A stretch of DNA of 64,000 nt from a bacterium (GTDB lineage: Bacteria; RBG-13-61-14; DATKZS01). Of the stretch, positions 58,125 through 64,000 are shown piece by piece; within the stretch, counting starts at the first letter, position 1; each line of letters opens with the position of its first letter. The stretch is taken from NCBI GenBank assembly GCA_963674965.2, contig CAXXFL010000001.1:832001-896000 (forward strand). The letters run 5' to 3'. The notes under the pieces were generated by a model that searched no databases, was not told the DNA's origin, and saw nothing but the letters and a program-made list of their open reading frames with translations. Both the position numbers and the translations under genes were made by a program.

Positions 58125-59426
58125 CTAGACCCTGGCCATAAAGGAGTTCGCTTTTTCGAGGACCTCCTTTGCGGCCCTGGCTTTCAAAAGATAAGCCGCG
58201 TAAAGGTTGGCGCCGGCAAGGTCCGCGCCGGTAAGGTCCGACAGAAGAAGCTCGGCCCGAGAGAGGTTGGCGTTTCTAAAAGAGGCTTTTTGAAAATTGC
58301 ACTCGGACAGGTTGGCCATGGCCAGGTTGGCGCCCGAGAAGTCAGCGCCGGAGAAGTCCCGGCCGTCCAGTACCTCGGAGGATAGATCGAGACCGGAAAG
58401 GTCCGGCGTCTCGTCGGGATGCTCTTTCCTGTAGGCGTTCCACACATCGGCTTCCCCCGCGATTAGATCGCGCCATTTCGCGGAGTCGATCCGCCTTGCT
58501 TCGGACGCGATACCATTTTCCTCGCTCGCCTCCAGGACGGCCCCGGCCAAATTGGCCTCATGAACGTTGGCCCCATCAAGGTCGCAACCAACAAATCCGA
58601 CCATGTAAAGGTTGGCCGATTTAAAGTTCGCGTCCTTAAATGACGTTCCCTTTACGATGGCCCCGAAAAGGTCCGCCTCGGTTAAGTCCGCGCCGGACAG
58701 GTCGGCGCCGATGATTCTTGCCTTGTAAAGATCGGCGCGAAGGAGGTCGGCGCCCTTAAGCCGAGCGCCCGTCAGGTCCGCGCCGGACAGGACCGCGCCG
58801 GTAAGGCGAGCGCCCGAAAAGTCCGCCCCCGCCAGCGAGGCGCCCTTAAGCTCCGCGCCCACGAACTCGGCCGCTTTGAAAACCGAACCCGACAGATTGG
58901 CCTCGATGAGAAACGAGTTCTTAAGGTTCACGCCCGAGCCGTCGGCGCCGGAGAGGTCCACCCGCTCGGCGATGACCACGGGCGCCACCGCGGGAGGGAC
59001 GCTGCACCCGTGAGAACTCTCGGACGCCGCCAACACCGCTTGCCGAAGCTTGGCGTCCTCCAGGTTGGCCCCCTTTAAATGTACTCCCGCCAGGCCGGCC
59101 TTGGTCATGTCCGCCGCCATGGCGCTTGCTCCCATCAAGTCAGCGCTCATGAGGTTGGCGCCTACGAGAACGCATTTTTCCAGGTTGGCTTGAATGAGAA
59201 TCGAGTCGGCCAGATTGGCTCTTTCCAGGTTGGTCCCGGAAAGGTTTGACTTCTCGAGTTTGGCGTCCTCCAGGTTGATACCGGCAAGGTCTAAACCGGA
59301 CAGGTCGGCGCCGGACAAATCGGGAAACTCGGCGGGGTTACTATTACGGAAAGCGTTGAAGCTCTCCACTCCCTCGGAGACGAGGTTTAACCAGTCGTTC
59401 AAGGTGTTTTTTTTCATGGGGTCCAT
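58125..59426 (-). CDS. Pentapeptide repeat protein
   Basis: Extensive A(D/N)LxG pentapeptide repeats. Confidence 0.92.
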   Translation of the reverse strand: MDPMKKNTLNDWLNLVSEGVESFNAFRNSNPAEFPDLSGADLSGLDLAGINLEDAKLEKSNLSGTNLERANLADSILIQANLEKCVLVGANLMSADLMGASAMAADMTKAGLAGVHLKGANLEDAKLRQAVLAASESSHGCSVPPAVAPVVIAERVDLSGADGSGVNLKNSFLIEANLSGSVFKAAEFVGAELKGASLAGADFSGARLTGAVLSGADLTGARLKGADLLRADLYKARIIGADLSGADLTEADLFGAIVKGTSFKDANFKSANLYMVGFVGCDLDGANVHEANLAGAVLEASEENGIASEARRIDSAKWRDLIAGEADVWNAYRKEHPDETPDLSGLDLSSEVLDGRDFSGADFSGANLAMANLSECNFQKASFRNANLSRAELLLSDLTGADLAGANLYAAYLLKARAAKEVLEKANSFMARV

Positions 59427-59480
59427 TTAAAAATCGCCTTTGGCGATAATTAATTATTGAGCCTCTTGCATAAGTTCCGC

Positions 59481-59603
59481 TTTGGAGTGCGGCGGCTCGA
59501 CGCCGCTTTTCTTCCGAGCGGCTTGACGCGAGGCCCGCCGTTGTATTTTTAGGCCTTGTCAAGCCAAGGCCATTAAAAGCGGTCTCAAGCGACCGACTCC
59601 AAA
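59481..59603. repeat. Inverted pair of REP-like palindromic units (REPIN-like)
   Basis: TTTGGAGTGCGGCGGCTCGACGCCGCTTTT (59481-59510) and inverted AAAAGCGGTCTCAAGCGACCGACTCCAAA (59575-59603). Confidence 0.65.
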
Positions 59604-59780
59604 ACGGCTATGCCGCCAAGAAAAGGACTTTTACAAGAAGCTCTATTCCTTTCTTTTTTGGTTGTTGCCATTTTATTATGTTTTTTGGGTCAATAGAAGT
59701 ATAAAATTCGGGCCGTAAGTACTTTAACGATCGTATAAAAATTATTGTCTTGCCTTTTTAGCGTGGTTCGGGTATGAAAA

Positions 59781-59825
59781 TAACGTACGTTACTCTTGAC
59801 AATTGTATTTAACGATGGATAGAAT
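59781..59825 (+). promoter_or_regulatory. Putative promoter and operator of the acyl-CoA dehydrogenase pair
   Basis: Perfect palindrome TAACGTACGTTA (59781-59792), then TTGACA (59796-59801)-18 bp-TAGAAT. Confidence 0.55.
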
Positions 59826-59935
59826 GTACTCGTTTCTTACCGAACGGCAAAATCCGCCGCGACTATAGGGGCTGAAAATTTCGGTTGGCCGCGCGGTAAA
59901 ATCTAACTCGCAACCGTTTGCAAGGAGGTACTTAC

Positions 59936-61045
59936 ATGGTTGAGTTTCGTCTCGATGAGGATCAGCGACAGATCCAGGACATGATGGCCAAGTTCGCGGC
60001 CGAGGAAATCAGGAAGGTCGCCCGGGAGTGCGACGAGAAAGCGGAGCTGCCCGAGGACCTTCTTAACAAGGTATGGGAGCTTGGCGTTTGCAGCAACGCC
60101 GTTCCCGAGTGCTATGGCGGTTACGAGCTGGGCCGCTCGATAGTAACGGGCGCCATCATGGCCGAGGAACTGGCCTGGGGCGACCTCAGCCTGGCCATGG
60201 GCGCCTTGAGTCCTCTTCTCGCCATGGTACCGGTGCTCGAGTTCGGTACTCCCGAGCAAAAGGAACTGTACCTGCCAAAGTTCTGCGGCGAGAAGTTCTT
60301 TCCCGCCACCGCCGCCCTGATGGAGCCGAGGATTTCCTTCGACCCGACCAACCTTTTCACCACCGCCGAGGTCGATTCCGGCAAGGTGATATTGAACGGC
60401 AAAAAGTGCATGGTCCCCCTCGCCGACAAGGCGGAAAAAATCCTGGTTTACGCCACCGCCGCCAAGGGCTCCGGGCCCGGCTCGGTTATGGCCGTCATGG
60501 TGGACAAGGGAACGGGCGGAATGAAGATCGGCGAGCGCCAGTTCTACCAGGGCCTCAGGCCCCTTCCCCTTTTCCCGGTCGAGTTCACCGATTGCGAGGT
60601 CCCCTTTGCCAACGTTATCGGCCTCGAGGGCGGCGTGGATTACATGCGCCTCCTGAATATATCGAGAGCCACTCTTTGCGCCATGGCCGTGGGCGTGGCC
60701 CGGGCGGCCAAGGATTACTGCATCGACTACGCCAAGGAGCGCTACGCCTTTGGCGAGCCCATCGCCAGCCGGCAGACCATCGCCTTCATGCTGGCCGAGA
60801 TGGCCATGGAAAGCGACGCCATGCGTCTCCTGGCCTGGCGCGCCGCCTGGAGACTGGACAAGAACCAGGACGCCACGCGCGACGCCACGCTGGCCAAGAA
60901 CTACTGCTCCGAGCAGACCATGAAGATAGTCGACTACGGCATCCAGGTGCTGGGCGGACACGGCTATATTCGCGAGCACATGGTCGAGCTCTTCTTTCGG
61001 AACGGCCGGAGCATCGCGACGCTCGAGGGCCTGACCGCGGTCTGA
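59936..61045 (+). CDS. Acyl-CoA dehydrogenase (FadE24-like)
   Basis: EELAWGD, ALMEP, LNGKK, R.AFG.PI, QVLGGHGY, short C-terminus ATLEG; GGAGG RBS. Confidence 0.9.
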   Translation: MVEFRLDEDQRQIQDMMAKFAAEEIRKVARECDEKAELPEDLLNKVWELGVCSNAVPECYGGYELGRSIVTGAIMAEELAWGDLSLAMGALSPLLAMVPVLEFGTPEQKELYLPKFCGEKFFPATAALMEPRISFDPTNLFTTAEVDSGKVILNGKKCMVPLADKAEKILVYATAAKGSGPGSVMAVMVDKGTGGMKIGERQFYQGLRPLPLFPVEFTDCEVPFANVIGLEGGVDYMRLLNISRATLCAMAVGVARAAKDYCIDYAKERYAFGEPIASRQTIAFMLAEMAMESDAMRLLAWRAAWRLDKNQDATRDATLAKNYCSEQTMKIVDYGIQVLGGHGYIREHMVELFFRNGRSIATLEGLTAV

Positions 61046-61089
61046 AAAAGGACCGGACGGCGAATAGACGGAAAACAAGGAGGATTGAA

Positions 61090-62298
61090 ATGATAGAGTT
61101 TGAACTTCCGCCAGGCGCGAAGATGACGAAAAAAATGGCCCACGGCCTTTCCGCGGGCCTGTTCAGGGGCGTTACCAGGAAATACGACAGCTATGAGCAC
61201 GAGCACGACGAGTGCGTCGAGCTTAAGCCCATCGCCAAGATGATGGCCGGAGGGCTCAGCGGCGGCGGCGGGAAGAAGAAGTCCGACGACAAGAAGGAAG
61301 GCGGGGAAAAGAAGAACAAGGGACAGGGCGTGGCCATGGTGGTTGGCGCCGAGGAAATGGCCTGGGGCGACTGCGGCCTCATGCTTTCCATCCCCGGCAC
61401 CGGCCTTGGCAACGCGGCCATCAACGCCGTGGCCACGGACGAGCAAAAGGCCCGCTTCGGAAACAAGTACGCGGCCATGGCTATAACCGAGCCCTGCTGC
61501 GGCTCGGACTCCTCGGCCATCCGGGCCACGGCCGTTCTGGACGAGAAGACCAACGAGTGGATATTGAACGGCGAGAAGATTTTCGTCACCGCCGGCCAGT
61601 TCTGCGAGGCGGTCGTGGCCTGGGCCAGCCTTGACCGGAGCAAGGGCCGTCCGGCCATCAAGAGCTTCGTGATCGAGAAGGGCACGCCGGGCATGTCGGT
61701 GGCCAAGCTGGAGGACAAGCTGGGCATCCGCGCCTCGGACACGGCCGTTATCGTCTTCGAGGACTGCCGCATCCCCTACGACAACATCCTGGGCTCCGCT
61801 GAGATCAAGGCGGAGGGCGGCTTCAAGGGCGTGATGAAGACCTTCGACAACACGCGTCCCCTGGTGGCGGCCATGGCCCTGGGCGTGGCCCGGGCGGCCC
61901 TCGAGTTCACCAGGGAGAAGCTCGAGGCCGAGGGCTACTCCTTTCCCTACGACAGGGGACGCCATCAGCTTTCCGCCGTGCAAAAGGAGGTCCTTGACAT
62001 GGAGGCCCACCTCGACGCGGCCAGGCTGCTCACGTGGCGCGCCGCCAGCATGCTCGACACCGGGGAGAGGAACTCCCTCGAGGCGTCCATGGCCAAGGCC
62101 AAGGCGGGAAGGGCCGGCACCCTGGTCACCCAGAAGTGCGTCGAGCTGCTCGGGCCGCTCGGTTACTCCCAGGAATGGCTGGTCGAGAAATGGATGCGTG
62201 ACGTCAAGATCAACGACATCTACGAGGGCACGGGCCAGATTCAGATGCTGATCATCGCTCGGCAGATACTCGGGTTCGACCGCAATCAGCTTAAGTAA
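61090..62298 (+). CDS. Acyl-CoA dehydrogenase (FadE23-like)
   Basis: RKYD..EH, MAITEP..GSD, NGEKIFVT, KLGIRASDT, DIYEGT.QIQ. Confidence 0.92.
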   Translation: MIEFELPPGAKMTKKMAHGLSAGLFRGVTRKYDSYEHEHDECVELKPIAKMMAGGLSGGGGKKKSDDKKEGGEKKNKGQGVAMVVGAEEMAWGDCGLMLSIPGTGLGNAAINAVATDEQKARFGNKYAAMAITEPCCGSDSSAIRATAVLDEKTNEWILNGEKIFVTAGQFCEAVVAWASLDRSKGRPAIKSFVIEKGTPGMSVAKLEDKLGIRASDTAVIVFEDCRIPYDNILGSAEIKAEGGFKGVMKTFDNTRPLVAAMALGVARAALEFTREKLEAEGYSFPYDRGRHQLSAVQKEVLDMEAHLDAARLLTWRAASMLDTGERNSLEASMAKAKAGRAGTLVTQKCVELLGPLGYSQEWLVEKWMRDVKINDIYEGTGQIQMLIIARQILGFDRNQLK

Positions 62299-62324
62299 TC
62301 CCTCCGAGGACGTAATCCAAAAAA

Positions 62325-62350
62325 CGGGCGCGGGCATGGTCTCGCGCCCG
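62325..62350. terminator. GC-rich hairpin, likely terminator
   Basis: CGGGCGCG/CGCGCCCG stem after the ACAD pair, A-run on its 5' side. Confidence 0.5.
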
Positions 62351-62421
62351 CTTACTTGACAGACGCGTCCAATCCGCGTTATCTATTCTGACTGTTTATT
62401 GGATCGATACTAATCAATCTC

Positions 62422-63558
62422 ATGGCCGATCGAGAAAAAATAATTGTCTCCTGGCTTCGCTTGTCCATGGCTCCGGGGATTGGAAGGGTCTTAGGCGCGA
62501 GGCTGGTCTCGAGCTTCGGCGCCCCCGAGGCCGTTTTCGAGGCGTCTTATAAAGATATCTCGCGGGTCGAGGGCGTCGGTGAGAACAGGGCCAGGGGCGT
62601 TTTGGACTCCTCTCTCGCGGACAAGGCCAGGCGCGCTTATGATCGTTGCCTTGAAAAAGGCGTGAAAATAGTCGCGGCCGAGGACAAGGAATATCCCGCC
62701 GGCCTTTTGGAGATTCCCGATCCGCCGCTTCTTCTTTACGTTCTGGGCGAGCTGGATGGAGACGAGGAGGCCGTGGGTATCGTGGGATGCAGGAACCCGG
62801 ACCCCTACGGCGAGAGCGTGGCCGTGAGCCTGGCCTCGGGCCTGGCCCGGCGTGGCGTGACGGTCGTCTCGGGCATGGCGCGCGGCGTTGACGGCGTGGC
62901 CCAGTCCTCGGCGATCAAGGCCGGCGGCCGCACCATCGCGGTCCTTGGCACGGGGGTGGACGTGGTATATCCGCCCGAGCACCGGGGTCTTTACGAGAAG
63001 ATTATCGAGAAAGGAGCGGTCATAAGCGAGCTTCCCCTGGGATCGAGCCCGGACCGCAAGAACTTTCCGGCCCGAAACCGGATCATCAGCGGCATAAGCA
63101 AGGGCGTAATCGTGGTCCAGGCCATGAGCGAGAAAAGCGGCGCCTTAATAACCGTGCGTCACGCTCTCGAGCAGAACAGGGAAGTTTACGCGGTGCCCGG
63201 CGCGGTTGGATCTCCGTCGGGCCGGGTGTGCAACGGCCTGATCAAGAAGGGGGCCAAGCTGGTCGAGACGGCGGAGGACGTTATCCTGGATTTGAGGCCC
63301 CTTGGTTCGATTCCATTAACCGGCGGGCCCGAGGATAAGCCGGGTAAAAATAAAAGGACGCCCAATCTGCCGGACGATCAGGCCCGCGTTTACGCGCTGG
63401 TGCCCGCGCCGTCGGAGGGCGCCATTGACCTTGACGGACTGGCCCGCCAGTCGGGTTTCGAGCTTCCCCGGGCGGTGGGCGCCCTTCTCGAGCTCGAGCT
63501 TTCCGGCCTTGTTCGGGCGCTTCCCGGCAAGATGTACGTGCGAATGGGGGAGGTATGA
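62422..63558 (+). CDS. dprA: DNA-processing protein DprA
   Basis: YP..L.EIPDPP, VSGMARGVD, FPARNRIISG, SGALIT; upstream of topA. Confidence 0.96.
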   Translation: MADREKIIVSWLRLSMAPGIGRVLGARLVSSFGAPEAVFEASYKDISRVEGVGENRARGVLDSSLADKARRAYDRCLEKGVKIVAAEDKEYPAGLLEIPDPPLLLYVLGELDGDEEAVGIVGCRNPDPYGESVAVSLASGLARRGVTVVSGMARGVDGVAQSSAIKAGGRTIAVLGTGVDVVYPPEHRGLYEKIIEKGAVISELPLGSSPDRKNFPARNRIISGISKGVIVVQAMSEKSGALITVRHALEQNREVYAVPGAVGSPSGRVCNGLIKKGAKLVETAEDVILDLRPLGSIPLTGGPEDKPGKNKRTPNLPDDQARVYALVPAPSEGAIDLDGLARQSGFELPRAVGALLELELSGLVRALPGKMYVRMGEV

Positions 63559-63590
63559 GTTATACTTCCTTTCCAGGAGGAATTTGCTAG

Positions 63591-64000
63591 ATGGCGAAGT
63601 TGGTCATCGTCGAGTCGCCGGCCAAGGCGAAAACGATAGAGAAATACTTGGGCAAGGATTACATGGTGGCCGCCAGCGTGGGTCACGTTATGGACCTGCC
63701 AAAGAAATCTTTGGGCGTGGACCTCGAGAAGGACTTCGCGCCCAGCTACGAGGTCCTGCCCGAGAAGAAAAAGACCGTCAGCAAGCTCAAGCTGGCGGCC
63801 AAGGACTCCGAGGAGATATATCTGGCTCCCGACCCCGACCGGGAAGGCGAGGCCATCGCATGGCACCTCTACGAGATACTCAAAAAAACCGGCAAGCCCA
63901 TGAAGCGCGTGCGGGTTAACGAGATTACCCGCCAGGCCGTGATCAAGGCCATTGGCGACGCGGGCGAGCTCGATCGAAACCGTTACGAGGCCCAGCAGGC
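63591..64000 (+). CDS. topA: DNA topoisomerase I (N-terminal part, truncated by window end)
   Basis: MAKLVIVESPAKAKTIEKYLG...SVGHVMDLP, DPDREGEAIAWH; AGGAGG RBS. Confidence 0.95.
   Translation, partial: MAKLVIVESPAKAKTIEKYLGKDYMVAASVGHVMDLPKKSLGVDLEKDFAPSYEVLPEKKKTVSKLKLAAKDSEEIYLAPDPDREGEAIAWHLYEILKKTGKPMKRVRVNEITRQAVIKAIGDAGELDRNRYEAQQ

Overview
GC-rich bacterial chromosome segment, probably from a diderm anaerobe; the gene content resembles Deltaproteobacteria/Desulfobacterota, but this is inference. From left to right it contains: (i) an accessory left end with a secreted FGE-sulfatase/CLec-fold protein, a helicase remnant and an intact ISNCY/IS5-like IS inserted at a CTAG; (ii) purQ and a ~15 kb minus-strand run (nagZ, AmmeMemoRadiSam enzyme, amidase, rph, rdgB, ADP-ribosylglycohydrolase, EEP protein, uvrC, five-gene amino-sugar module, amidohydrolase); (iii) a lysine-fermentation locus in which kce-kdd-kamA-kamD-kamE diverge from a TrmB-family regulator operon ending in kal; (iv) a 1701-aa M6 metalloprotease and PD40 proteins; (v) a lower-GC TetR/Tat-amidohydrolase patch next to a high-GC paralog; (vi) metF, a pentapeptide-repeat protein, a FadE24/FadE23-like acyl-CoA dehydrogenase pair, dprA and the start of topA. 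The best candidate for an undescribed system is the TrmB operon. Besides kal it carries an enolase-superfamily enzyme with a non-canonical active site, two transporters, a YtcJ-like amidohydrolase and a D-cysteine-desulfhydrase-like PLP enzyme, and matching 24-bp palindromes overlap both divergent promoters. It looks like a feeder route that imports an unknown modified lysine and converts it for fermentation. No rRNA, tRNA or CRISPR array was recognised.
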